A stretch of DNA of 64,000 nt. Source: Candidatus Dormibacteria bacterium. GTDB taxonomy: Bacteria > Chloroflexota > Dormibacteria > Aeolococcales > Aeolococcaceae. Positions 33,001 to 42,302 of this stretch are shown here, in pieces. The stretch spans positions 339 to 64,338 of the forward strand of contig JBIOIZ010000006.1 in the NCBI GenBank assembly GCA_044450385.1, written 5' to 3'. The position numbers and the translations under genes were made by a program. The number at the start of each line of letters is the position of its first letter. The first letter of the stretch is position 1. The notes under the pieces are model-generated. The model searched no databases. It saw only the letters and a list, made by a program, of their open reading frames with translations, and had not been told where the DNA came from.

Positions 33001-35146
33001 ACCGCTCGCGGCGCCGCGGCGACACTTCCGTCAGCACCGCTTCAGCATCTGGGACGGTAGCCAGGATCCACTGGGCGATGATGCCGACGCGCTCTTCGAC
33101 CGCCTGAGCGAAGACGTCTTCCACGGTTGGGATTTTGAGACGGCGTTACGCCGTCTGCTCAGCCAGGGATGGCGTGATCGTGACGGACGCAAGTTCGCGG
33201 GGCTCGAGGAGTTGATGGAGCGTTTGCGCAAGCAACGGCAGAAACAGCTGGAGCGCTACAGCCTCGACGACGTGTTCAAGGACATCGAGGAAAAGCTCGA
33301 CAACGTGCTTCGCCTCGAGCGCCAGGGGATTGACGAGCGCGTCAAGAGCGCAACCGACGGCAGTGCGCAGCGGATTCTCGAGCGCGTGGCGAAGAAGCGC
33401 CGCGAGCACCTCGACAACCTGCCCCAGGAGCCGGGCGGGGTGATCCGCGAGCTGCAGGGCTATGAATTCATGGACCAGCGCGCCGAGCAGGCGTTTCAGA
33501 AGCTGCTCGAGGAGATCAAGCAGAACGTCGTCAACACGTACTTCAAGCAGATGGCCGAGCAGATGGGCCAGATGTCGCAGCAGGACGTCAGTGCCCTGCG
33601 CGAGATGGCGCGCGACCTCAATGCGCTGGTGCGCCAGAAGCTCGAGGGCGTGCCCGACGCGCAGCTCCAGCACAACTACGAGGATTTCCTGAAGAAGTGG
33701 GGCTCGATGTTTCCCGACGCGCCCGCAACCTTCGATGAGTTCCTCGCCCAGCTCGCGGCGCAGATGGCACGCATGGACTCGCTGATGCAGTCGCTCTCAC
33801 CTGAGATGCGCCACCAGCTCGAGGAGATGATCTCGGCCACCTTCGGCGATCCCGATCTGCAGGCGCAGCTCGCTGAGCTGATGAGCGGACTCGAGCTCCT
33901 CTCCGATCGCCGTCATCTCGGCCAGCGATATTCCTTCTTCGGCAACGAACAGCTGCCCTTTGACGAGGCGATGGGCGTCATGGATCGGTTGCAGTCCATC
34001 GAGGAACTCGAGCGCGGGCTGCGGGGCATGTACCGCGGTGAACCCCTCGACAGCGCCACAGAGGAAGCATTGCGCGACGTCCTCGGCGACAATGCGGCGC
34101 GCGACCTCTCGCGTCTCCAGCGCATGACCGATCAGCTCGAGCAGCGTGGGCTCATCGAGCGCGACGACGAAGGGATGCGGCTAACCGCCCGGGGCCTGCG
34201 GCGCATCGGACAGAAGGCGCTCGGCGATCTCTTCGCGCGCCTGCGTCGCGATCGCTTCGGGGACCATCCGGTGTCGCGTCACGGACAGGGTGGGGACCGC
34301 GAGGAGGACACCAAGCCATACGAATTCGGGGATGTGTTCGACCTCGACGTGCGTGAGACGCTCATGAACGCGGTGAGACGCGAAGCCGATGCCAACGACC
34401 GCGATTTCGATCAGCGTGACACACGGCCGGCGGGGATCCCGGCTCCGGCTTCAAACCGGACTATTCAGCCTCCGCCGGAATCCCCACCAGCCTTCGTTCA
34501 GCGAGCATCGCGGCGTTCTGTGCCTCGGCTCTTGCCAGAGGACTTTGTGGTGCATCGGTCGGATACGCTGACGCGGTCGGCCACGGTGCTCATGCTTGAT
34601 ATGAGCCGGTCGATGCCGCTGCGCGGCTATTTTTACGCTGCGAAAAAGGTTGCGCTCGCGCTGGATTCATTGATACGCAGTGCGTATCCCAGGGATACCT
34701 TGCACATCATCGGGTTCAGTGATCTGGCGCGGGAGATCAAGCCGTCTGCGTTGCCGCATTTGTCGGTGAACGAGTACGTGTATGGGACCAACATGCAGCA
34801 TGGCCTGATGCTGGCGCGGCGGTTGCTGGCGAAGGATCCCGGGGAGAACAAACAGATCATCATCGTGAGTGATGGGGAGCCGACGGCACACATCGAGAAC
34901 GGGCGTCCGGTGTTCTTCTATCCGCCGCTGCCGGAGACGTTTCACAAGACGTTGCTCGAGGTCAAACGGTGCACGCGCGAGAACATTGTCATCAACACGT
35001 TCATGCTCGAGTCGAATCATCATCTCGTGCAATTCGTGAATCAGATGACCCGGCTCAACCGTGGACGCGCGTTCTTCATCAGCCCGGATCGGCTGGGTGA
35101 CTATGTCCTCGTCGACTACGTGAGCTCGAAGCGAGGAGCGGCGTAG
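32990..35146 (+). CDS. VWA-domain protein, AAA+ partner (Rv0959-like)
   Basis: WDGSQDP N-terminus, MIDAS DMSRSM, TNMQHGL, SDGEPTAH; overlaps the ATPase stop. Confidence 0.88.
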   Translation: MEDEPLAAPRRHFRQHRFSIWDGSQDPLGDDADALFDRLSEDVFHGWDFETALRRLLSQGWRDRDGRKFAGLEELMERLRKQRQKQLERYSLDDVFKDIEEKLDNVLRLERQGIDERVKSATDGSAQRILERVAKKRREHLDNLPQEPGGVIRELQGYEFMDQRAEQAFQKLLEEIKQNVVNTYFKQMAEQMGQMSQQDVSALREMARDLNALVRQKLEGVPDAQLQHNYEDFLKKWGSMFPDAPATFDEFLAQLAAQMARMDSLMQSLSPEMRHQLEEMISATFGDPDLQAQLAELMSGLELLSDRRHLGQRYSFFGNEQLPFDEAMGVMDRLQSIEELERGLRGMYRGEPLDSATEEALRDVLGDNAARDLSRLQRMTDQLEQRGLIERDDEGMRLTARGLRRIGQKALGDLFARLRRDRFGDHPVSRHGQGGDREEDTKPYEFGDVFDLDVRETLMNAVRREADANDRDFDQRDTRPAGIPAPASNRTIQPPPESPPAFVQRASRRSVPRLLPEDFVVHRSDTLTRSATVLMLDMSRSMPLRGYFYAAKKVALALDSLIRSAYPRDTLHIIGFSDLAREIKPSALPHLSVNEYVYGTNMQHGLMLARRLLAKDPGENKQIIIVSDGEPTAHIENGRPVFFYPPLPETFHKTLLEVKRCTRENIVINTFMLESNHHLVQFVNQMTRLNRGRAFFISPDRLGDYVLVDYVSSKRGAA

Positions 35147-35150
35147 GCAG

Positions 35151-35885
35151 GTGGAGTTCAGGGGGTATCTCAATCACATTCGGGCGGACGGCGACCTGAT
35201 TGCTGCTGTGGCGCCGCGCGGATTGGATCGTCCCGTGCCGGTGTGTCCGCCGTGGGACGTTCGCGAGGTCGTCGCGCATCTGGCGACGGTGTATGACCAT
35301 AAGGTCATGGCGATGCGCCTCGGGCGACGACCCAACGACGGTGAATGGGTGACCGACGAACCGTTCGGCAAGCACACCGTCGAATGGTTCGCCGACGAAC
35401 ACGCGAAACTGCTCGCGGAGCTTGCGGCGCACTCGCCGAAGGAGCACGCGTGGTCGTGGTGGGAACCCGACCAGACCGTCGGGTTCTGGTACCGGCGGAT
35501 GGCGCTGGAAACGGTCGTCCATCGCGTCGATGTCGAGTCGCAGTTCGGGCCGCCGAGCGCGATCGACGCCGCGCTCGCCGTCGACGGCATCGACGAGGTT
35601 CTGACCATCATGCTGGCCGGCGACGAGGAGGATGGAACCGCGGGTGCGACCACCGGGACGGTCGAATTGCTTGCCGCAGACGCGGCCTGGACCGTGGTGC
35701 TCGAGAACACGCGCACCGTGGTCACGCCCGGCCGGAGAACATCTCCCAATGCGACGCTGTCCGGTGATCCCGGCGAGCTGTTCCTGTACCTGTGGGGACG
35801 CGTGCCCGTCGACCGGCTGACGCGCCGTGGCGACGAATCACTGATCACGCTGCTGCGATCCCGGCTCGCCGCGGCAACCCAGTAG
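35151..35885 (+). CDS. MDMPI N-terminal-domain (DinB superfamily) protein
   Basis: CPPWDVREVVAHL, RRMALETVVHRVD, AVDGIDE, LWGR. Confidence 0.85.
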   Translation: MEFRGYLNHIRADGDLIAAVAPRGLDRPVPVCPPWDVREVVAHLATVYDHKVMAMRLGRRPNDGEWVTDEPFGKHTVEWFADEHAKLLAELAAHSPKEHAWSWWEPDQTVGFWYRRMALETVVHRVDVESQFGPPSAIDAALAVDGIDEVLTIMLAGDEEDGTAGATTGTVELLAADAAWTVVLENTRTVVTPGRRTSPNATLSGDPGELFLYLWGRVPVDRLTRRGDESLITLLRSRLAAATQ

Positions 35886-35890
35886 CGCGC

Positions 35891-36721
35891 ATGGATCGGG
35901 CTTCCTTCGCGGAGCGGATCCGCCTGCAACTCACCTCGCGCTATCGCAGCGCGATGGTCGAGGTGGACGCCGGGCGTTTCGCGCTGCATGTCACCGGCTC
36001 AGGACTCGACCTGATGCTGCCGCTTGCGCCGCTCCACCACGCATGTGAGCGGCAGCCCGAGAGGGTGGCCGCGCTGATCGGTGAGTACGTGGCATCTGTC
36101 GAACATCAGCTCACGCCACAGCCTGCGATGGCGCTGTCGACGTCACGGCTGCTCTGGTGCGTGCGCAACGACCGCTTCCTCGGCAGTCACGGACGTGTCG
36201 GTGACCTGCTCCGTGCAGCGGTCGCCGCCGACATGACGGCGTTCGTCGCCGAAGAGCTTCCCGGGTCGATCATGCGCGGTGTCCCCCGCAGCGAATGGAC
36301 GTCGGTCGGTCTGACCGACGAGGACGTGCGGCGCGCAGCCACAGCCAACACCGCCGAGCATTTCGATTCGCTGGTCGCGCGCATCGCGCAGACGGATCGT
36401 ATTCCCGCCGACGGGTGGCGGGTCGCGTCAGATGCGTTGTTCCAGGGCAGCCTGCTCCTGGCGCCCCGCGTGCTCGCGGCATTCGTCGAACGTGCGGGCG
36501 GCGACGTGCTCCTCGGCGTACCCGACCGGGGCGTCGTCCTCGCGCTGCCTGCATCGCTGCCCTCAGCCGAGCGGTTTCGGCGACGGGTGCTCCGGGAGTG
36601 GCGCGAGGCGATGAACCCCTGTTCGCGTGAGGTCCTGGTCACCGATGGGCACGAGCTTCGCGCCGTGTCCCGACGGTCGCGGATCTCAGGACCGGCTGTC
36701 CTGCCCTGGCTCGCGGAGTAG
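35891..36721 (+). CDS. hypothetical protein (weak DUF1444/YtpQ-like resemblance)
   Basis: 5 nt after the upstream stop; EDVRRAATAN, LGVPDRG. Confidence 0.65.
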   Translation: MDRASFAERIRLQLTSRYRSAMVEVDAGRFALHVTGSGLDLMLPLAPLHHACERQPERVAALIGEYVASVEHQLTPQPAMALSTSRLLWCVRNDRFLGSHGRVGDLLRAAVAADMTAFVAEELPGSIMRGVPRSEWTSVGLTDEDVRRAATANTAEHFDSLVARIAQTDRIPADGWRVASDALFQGSLLLAPRVLAAFVERAGGDVLLGVPDRGVVLALPASLPSAERFRRRVLREWREAMNPCSREVLVTDGHELRAVSRRSRISGPAVLPWLAE

Positions 36722-37072
36722 GAGGCGGGAACCAGCTACCGGCCGGCTCGCCTCCTGGCGGGCGACGAACGCGGTCGCAGCGCCGATCGCCACTGTGGCG
36801 ACCACGCCTGCGAGCGTCCTCACCGCGACCCGTGTCGCCCGGCCACGAACAGACACACCCGAGAGTGACGGGCCCTCGCCGAACCAGAGCGTGAGGGCGG
36901 TCTGGTCCGCAACCACACCGTCTTCGCCGTGGACGCGGCTCCGCTCGATGCGCACGGCGGCAGGTCTCGGGCCACGCCAGCGGCTCTGGTCGAGGAGCCC
37001 GGGGGCCGCGCGCAGCACGCCGCTGCGGGCGATCGCACGGACGGCGGCGGCAGCGCGTTCCGACGTCGGCAT
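36686..37072 (-). CDS. small membrane-anchored hypothetical protein
   Basis: fills the gap, divergent from 37099; one C-terminal hydrophobic helix. Confidence 0.5.
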   Translation of the reverse strand: MPTSERAAAAVRAIARSGVLRAAPGLLDQSRWRGPRPAAVRIERSRVHGEDGVVADQTALTLWFGEGPSLSGVSVRGRATRVAVRTLAGVVATVAIGAATAFVARQEASRPVAGSRLLLREPGQDSRS

Positions 37073-37098
37073 CGTTCGAAAGGATAGCGTTCTGCCTG

Positions 37099-37845
37099 AT
37101 GACGCTGATCGACGATCTTCCCGGCCGGATCGAAGCGAGCTTCATCGGCGCCCTCGCAGGTGAGCACGCCGCCGGCACCGCGGCCGGTACCGCCGACCTG
37201 GTCGGCGTCGCCGAGTCGGCCGCCGCCTGCGGCGGCTTCGACGATGCGGATCTGCGCCAACGCGGACTCGAGCGCCCGTCACGGGCGGGCGCCGCCGGCC
37301 TGCTCCTCCGCGCACTCCCATTCGGGCTGCTCAGCCCGCTTGACCGCCCCCGGCTGCGTCGCGACGCGTACCGCTGTGTCGCCATGGCAGGCGCCGATGA
37401 GGGCACCGCCGTGACCGCGGTCGCAGCCGCCCTGCTGATCGCCGATCTGGTTCGATTCGACCTGGCCACGTCGCTCATCCGCGTTCGCCAATCGCTGCTT
37501 GAGGACGCGCCCATGGCGCTGCTCGACCGGCTCCGGGTGGTCGAGGGTGGCCCTCCGATGGACGTTTCGGATCCAGACCCAGGCCTGACCCTCCAACGAG
37601 CGATCTGCGCACTCGCGACTGAGAATCCCTTCGATGATGTGCTCACCGCCGCGGCATCCGGTACTGCCGTCGCAGCCAGCCTCGCCGGGGCGCTGGTGGG
37701 CGCGCGCGACGGCCTCGCTGCCGTGGCGAGCGTCGACCGCGACCATCTTCCCCATGCCGATCGCGCGCTCAGCGTGGCCCGTCGCCTGGCCGAAGCCGCG
37801 GTCGCCGCGCTGCCGGACCTGGACGCGGTGCCCCAGAGCGGCTGA
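37099..37845 (+). CDS. ADP-ribosylglycohydrolase (DraG/ARH)-like protein, catalytic aspartates apparently missing
   Basis: SFIGALAGE, GLLLRALPFGL, AASLAGALVGARDG match the ARH scaffold. Confidence 0.65.
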   Translation: MTLIDDLPGRIEASFIGALAGEHAAGTAAGTADLVGVAESAAACGGFDDADLRQRGLERPSRAGAAGLLLRALPFGLLSPLDRPRLRRDAYRCVAMAGADEGTAVTAVAAALLIADLVRFDLATSLIRVRQSLLEDAPMALLDRLRVVEGGPPMDVSDPDPGLTLQRAICALATENPFDDVLTAAASGTAVAASLAGALVGARDGLAAVASVDRDHLPHADRALSVARRLAEAAVAALPDLDAVPQSG

Positions 37846-37888
37846 ACGCATCGAAGTTCACCCGCCCAAGCACTAACATCAAAGCTAG

Positions 37889-38320
37889 ATGGACGCCACC
37901 GCCACTCCGGCGACCGCACGCAAGATCAGAATTCTCACGGCCAAGGTCGGCCTCGATGGGCACGACCGCGGCGTCAAGGTGATCTCCAGAGCGCTCCGCG
38001 ACGCCGGTGTCGAGGTGATCTACACCGGGTTGCACCAGACGCCGGCGATGGTTGTCGAAGCGGCGATCCAGGAGGACGTCGACGGGATCGGCATCAGCCT
38101 GCTCAGTGGCGCCCACATGACCCTGTTCCCGGAGATCATCCGTCTCCTCAAGGAGCGTGATGCGGCCGACATCGTCGTCTTCGGCGGCGGGATCATCCCC
38201 GACTCCGACGTCACCGCGCTCGAGCAGCTCGGGGTCGACAAGGTGTTCACGCCCGGTACCTCGCTCGACGAGGCCGTCTCCTACGTCAAGGGGCGTTTCG
38301 GCGCGGGAGCGGCGGCCTGA
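37889..38320 (+). CDS. stand-alone cobalamin-binding domain (acyl-CoA mutase small subunit type)
   Basis: KVGLDGHDRG (DxHxxG), SLLSGAH, GGGIIP, FTPGT. Confidence 0.92.
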   Translation: MDATATPATARKIRILTAKVGLDGHDRGVKVISRALRDAGVEVIYTGLHQTPAMVVEAAIQEDVDGIGISLLSGAHMTLFPEIIRLLKERDAADIVVFGGGIIPDSDVTALEQLGVDKVFTPGTSLDEAVSYVKGRFGAGAAA

Positions 38321-38403
38321 CCCCCGGGCTGCTCTGCCTCGCGGTCGCGTCATCACGCGCGGGGCGGTTCGTCAACGACCCGGGAGATGCGAGAGCGGGC
38401 GTC

Positions 38404-39027
38404 GTGCCGCGGCACCCGGCGTTCGCGACGTTCGGCAAGATGTCATACGTCTGGGTCGACGGGCAGGCGTTCGAACCGATCGGTGATAGCCTCGATCTCT
38501 GGTTGACCTTCCTGCGCAGCAACGGTGCCCGGCAGGCATGGCTGGACGTGAGCGGCGGCGAAGAGGTCTGCCGGGTGATCCGCGGCGACGGTGAGGAGAC
38601 ATGGCGCACGGTCTGGAACGGCGGCATCTTCATGCTCCACGGCGCTGAGGAGACCGGGCCACCGCGGCGCCGCGAGACCGACATCGCCGCGATGTCTGGG
38701 CGACTCAACGATGCCCTGCATGCCGAGGTCGAGGCGGGTGCCACCGATGTCCGTCGCGCCGCCCTCGAGCGGGCGCTCGAGATCCTCTCCGCACCCGGCG
38801 ATGGCGGGGAGGTGTCCGACGTCGCGTGGCCCTACTTCGTCCTCCCCGACGGGAGCCCGAAGGCCGCCAGGCGGCTCATCGCGGCGGCCTCCGCCGCCTG
38901 GCCGGAGACCCTCGCATCGGCCGATCCCGATGCGAAACCCGCTCGCGGCGTGGGCTCTGTCGACGCAGCCCTCGACGCGATCGCCGCAGCGGTGAATTCG
39001 GCAGCGACTGCCGAGCCGGTAGAGTAA
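38404..39027 (+). CDS. hypothetical protein
   Basis: 207-aa ORF with normal codon usage, ending 10 nt before rplY. Confidence 0.6.
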   Translation: MPRHPAFATFGKMSYVWVDGQAFEPIGDSLDLWLTFLRSNGARQAWLDVSGGEEVCRVIRGDGEETWRTVWNGGIFMLHGAEETGPPRRRETDIAAMSGRLNDALHAEVEAGATDVRRAALERALEILSAPGDGGEVSDVAWPYFVLPDGSPKAARRLIAAASAAWPETLASADPDAKPARGVGSVDAALDAIAAAVNSAATAEPVE

Positions 39028-39037
39028 CCAGGCAGCG

Positions 39038-39697
39038 ATGGCAACTTCCCTCGAACTCAGCGCGTCCCACCGTACGGAGACGGGCCGTCACGTGCACGCC
39101 GTCAGGCGCCGTGGCGAGGTACCCGCGGTCCTCTACGGGCACAACGTCGAGCCGATGCCGCTCTCGATCGAGGCTCGAAGCCTGCAGCGGGTCTGGCACC
39201 GCGCCGGCCACAGCCACCTCGTCGACCTCGCGCTCGACGGAGGACGAGCGCGAAAGGTGCTGATCCGCGAGCTCCAGGTCAACCCGCGCACCACCCAGCT
39301 GATGCATGTCGACCTGTTCGCGGTGAACCTTCGCGAGAAGCTCACCGTTGAGATCCCGCTGATCCCCGTCGGCGAGTCGCCGGCGGTCACAGAGCTCAAG
39401 CTGGGTGTCCTCCAGCAGATCATCACGTCGGTCAAGGTCGAGTGCATGCCCGGGGACATTCCCGCCCAGCTCAACGTCGACATCTCCGGGCTGACCGAGA
39501 TCGACCAGGGCATCCGGCTCGCCGAGGTGCCGCTTCCAGAACGCGTGACGCTCGCAACCGGTGTCGACCCCGACGAACTCGTCCTCAAGGTCGCGCAGGT
39601 CCGCGTCGCCGCTGAGGCCGAGGAGGTGGAGGCTGCGCCGGCCGAGGGCGAGGCCGAGGCTGCCGAGGACGCCGGCGACGACACCGAGTCGTCCTAG
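39038..39697 (+). CDS. rplY: 50S ribosomal protein L25/Ctc
   Basis: RRRGEVPAVLYG, HVDL, GESP, acidic tail. Confidence 0.93.
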   Translation: MATSLELSASHRTETGRHVHAVRRRGEVPAVLYGHNVEPMPLSIEARSLQRVWHRAGHSHLVDLALDGGRARKVLIRELQVNPRTTQLMHVDLFAVNLREKLTVEIPLIPVGESPAVTELKLGVLQQIITSVKVECMPGDIPAQLNVDISGLTEIDQGIRLAEVPLPERVTLATGVDPDELVLKVAQVRVAAEAEEVEAAPAEGEAEAAEDAGDDTESS

Positions 39698-39746
39698 CGG
39701 CTTCGGCTCCGCCCGCCGTGTGGCCTGAGACGCGTACGGCGCGACG

Positions 39747-40598
39747 ATGATCGCCACGGCCCAGACGTGCGACTCGAGCAACTGGTTCGACTTCGTCTGC
39801 AGGTCGATCCAGGCACACGATCAGAGCGGGCTTGCCGGCCCACTCGTGGAGCATCTGCTCGCCGCGATCGCGATCTTTGTCATCCTCTACGTCGTCGGCC
39901 GTGTGACACGGATGCTCGTGCTCTGGGCGATGCGCCGGGGCAAAGCGGACCGGCAGGTGCGGACACTCGTCCGCAACCTGATCACGGTCACCACCTACGT
40001 GGTCGCAGTGATCAGCGCGCTCGTTGTCTACGGCGTCAACGTCGCGGTGATCCTCACCGCCGCGGGCCTCGGGACCGTTGCGATCGGCCTCGCCTTCCAG
40101 GACCTGCTGCGCAATGTGCTCGCCGGAATCTGGCTGCTGCTCGAACAGCCCTTCCGGCTCGGCGACACGATCACCGTCATGGACCAGACGGGCGCCGTGC
40201 AGAACATCACGCTGCGCACCACGACGCTTCGCACCGGCGTCGGCGAGCTTGCGATTCTGCCGAACCTCACCGTGTTCACCGGGATCGTGATCAACACGAC
40301 CCACTACGACACCCGCCGGCTCACCGTGGGTGTCCGGATATCCGCTGACGTCGATCTCGATGAGCTGATGCGCCGCGCACGAGCTGCTATCCAGGAGGTC
40401 CCCGGGATCGAGGCGAAGCCCGCAATCGTGTTCGAGCCGACGCTCGACCGGGAGGTACCGCTGCTGCGCTGCCACTTCTGGGTGGACCAGCGCGCGCAGG
40501 ACCCGGACGCGCTCACGGCCGCGGTCGCTGAACGCTTGTGGCGTGTCATCGGCACCAAGCCGGAGTCTGAGCCCGCCGCCGCGGAACGCTCCGGTTAG
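39747..40598 (+). CDS. mscS: small-conductance mechanosensitive channel
   Basis: GLAFQDLLRNVLAG, PFRLGD, GAVQNITLRTT, LPN. Confidence 0.9.
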   Translation: MIATAQTCDSSNWFDFVCRSIQAHDQSGLAGPLVEHLLAAIAIFVILYVVGRVTRMLVLWAMRRGKADRQVRTLVRNLITVTTYVVAVISALVVYGVNVAVILTAAGLGTVAIGLAFQDLLRNVLAGIWLLLEQPFRLGDTITVMDQTGAVQNITLRTTTLRTGVGELAILPNLTVFTGIVINTTHYDTRRLTVGVRISADVDLDELMRRARAAIQEVPGIEAKPAIVFEPTLDREVPLLRCHFWVDQRAQDPDALTAAVAERLWRVIGTKPESEPAAAERSG

Positions 40599-40609
40599 AG
40601 TCGCACCTC

Positions 40610-41206
40610 GTGGAAGCTCGGCGGCCAAGCACCTCGCAGCGGATCGTCATCGTGCGCCACGGCGAGACCGAGTGGAGCCTGGAGAAGCGTCACACCGGGC
40701 GTACCGATCTCCCGCTCACGGCGGAGGGACGCCGGCAGGCGCAGGCGCTGGTCGCACGCCTCGCGGGTCTTGCGTTTGCGGCGGTCTTTGTGAGCCCGCT
40801 GCAGCGCGCGAGGCAGACATGCGAGCTCGCCGGGTTTGGGGAGCCCGCCGTGGTCGATCCCGATCTCCTCGAGTGGGACTACGGCGAGTACGAGGGGCTC
40901 ACGAGCGCTGAGATTCAGCAGCTGCGGCCCGGCTGGAATCTGTTTCGTGACGGTGTGGTCGGCGGCGAGACGATCGCCGACGTCGCCACCCGCGCCGCAC
41001 GGGTGATCCGGCGAGTGCTCTCAATCGACGGCGACGTCCTGCTCTTCGGCCACGGCCACCAGCTGCGCATCCTCACGTCGTTGTGGCTCGAATTCCCCGC
41101 AGTGGCTGCGCAGCACCTGCAGCTCGCGACGGCATCTCCGTCGACGCTCGGGTTCGAGCACGACTGGACCGCGCTGCTCAGCTGGAACGGCCTGCAGATC
41201 AGCTGA
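40610..41206 (+). CDS. histidine phosphatase family protein
   Basis: RHGETEW, SPLQRA, EWDYGEYEG, GHG. Confidence 0.92.
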   Translation: MEARRPSTSQRIVIVRHGETEWSLEKRHTGRTDLPLTAEGRRQAQALVARLAGLAFAAVFVSPLQRARQTCELAGFGEPAVVDPDLLEWDYGEYEGLTSAEIQQLRPGWNLFRDGVVGGETIADVATRAARVIRRVLSIDGDVLLFGHGHQLRILTSLWLEFPAVAAQHLQLATASPSTLGFEHDWTALLSWNGLQIS

Positions 41207-41218
41207 CGACGCTGCGGA

Positions 41219-41587
41219 TCAGCCGGTGCTCTGTCCGGTCTGGTCCTGAAGTGCAACGACCCTCCCACGCCAGTACAAGAGCCGCCGCTCGAATCGCAGC
41301 GTCTCGGCGTGGAGGGCTTTGAGGTCGGTCTTCTGCACCTCCGCACCGGCGTCGGGATCCATCGTGCCGACGTGCTCCTCCGCTGTCGCGAGAATCGAGC
41401 GCTTGAATTCAAGCAACTCCATGTAGACCTTGACCCAGTGGAGTGCGTCCTCGAGGTGCTGGGTGCTCTCGTCCTCACCCTCCAGCAACCGATCCGGCTG
41501 CACCTGCTCGAGCGCCGCCACTTCGGCGTCTGGCGTGCCATTGTCAGGGTTGTTGTCCTGATCGCGCTGGGGCGAAACCTCGCTCAC
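41219..41587 (-). CDS. lineage-specific hypothetical helical protein
   Basis: LLEGED...DALHWVKVYMELLEFK...RFERRLLYW; GTG 41587 (or ATG 41611) start. Confidence 0.65.
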   Translation of the reverse strand: MSEVSPQRDQDNNPDNGTPDAEVAALEQVQPDRLLEGEDESTQHLEDALHWVKVYMELLEFKRSILATAEEHVGTMDPDAGAEVQKTDLKALHAETLRFERRLLYWRGRVVALQDQTGQSTG

Positions 41588-41720
41588 CGCTGCCCTGTAC
41601 CGTTCGTCCATTCATGCAGCCTGCGTCTGAACACTTCGATCTCCTCGTCGAGGATGGCAATGTTCTCGCGACCGAGATACTCCCTCACGGCGTCGGGGAC
41701 GCTCGCCGCGAATGCACCTG
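41584..41720 (-). pseudogene. fragment or micro-paralogue resembling the C-terminal helix of the downstream protein
   Basis: FAASVPDAVREYLGRENIAILDEEIEVFRRRLHEW versus AEVQKTDLKALHAETLRFERRLLYW; its stop overlaps the downstream GTG (GTGA). Confidence 0.4.
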
Positions 41721-41743
41721 TGCCGTACCGACTTCCGCCGCGA

Positions 41744-42064
41744 TTAGAGCCGGACGTGCTCCAGGTCGATTCCGGCAAGCTCGGGCGGACGCGGAATGCT
41801 GTGCGCGTCCAGGAGTTGCAGACACTTGATGACATAACGTGCGCCGGCAATGTTCAGCCCGTGCTGCCGGGTGAGCCGCTGAATTGCACTCAGCGTGAGG
41901 ATGTCGCGTTGCGTGTAGCGGCGCCGGTTGGTCGCAGTGCGCGCCGGGACGCCGAGACCCATGGTCTCGTACATCATCAGCGTGCGCGGGTGCGACGCGA
42001 GGATCTCTGCAGCAACACTGATTGTGTACAGCGGCTTGTCCAGGTCGAGCATTCGCTCCGACAT
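41744..42064 (-). CDS. MerR-family (HspR-like) transcriptional regulator
   Basis: PLYTISVAAEILASHPRTLMMYE, RRYTQRDI, GLNIAG. Confidence 0.85.
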   Translation of the reverse strand: MSERMLDLDKPLYTISVAAEILASHPRTLMMYETMGLGVPARTATNRRRYTQRDILTLSAIQRLTRQHGLNIAGARYVIKCLQLLDAHSIPRPPELAGIDLEHVRL

Positions 42065-42234
42065 CGGAGCCAACACCTCAACGGCCACGTTCGCGACCCA
42101 GCGCGTCGCCGCATGGATCAAGGGTGCATTCGATGTAGTGCCCGATCATCATGGTCTCGATTCTAGTCGCGTGCACCGTAAATGGGGCATGCAGCAGACC
42201 GATTGGGTCCCTGGTGTCCCACCCAAATGGCGAC

Positions 42235-42263
42235 TTGACTCCACGATGCAATACTTATAGGAT
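42235..42263 (+). promoter_or_regulatory. sigma70-type promoter
   Basis: TTGACT-N17-TAGGAT upstream of the CDS at 42303. Confidence 0.6.
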
Positions 42264-42302
42264 CACTATCACTTTTACCGACAGCCAAGAGGTCACGTCC
42301 AC

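Noticed and set aside
31600-35146. Calling the AAA+/VWA pair a true Mg- or Co-chelatase or a defence system
   Set aside because: No ChlH/CobN large subunit and no nuclease or effector nearby; the motifs fit the generic Rv0958/Rv0959-like pair.
42234-42254. HAIR operator (CTTGAGT-N7-ACTCAAG) for the HspR-like regulator
   Set aside because: Only the left half resembles it (CTTGACT), and that is explained as a -35 box.
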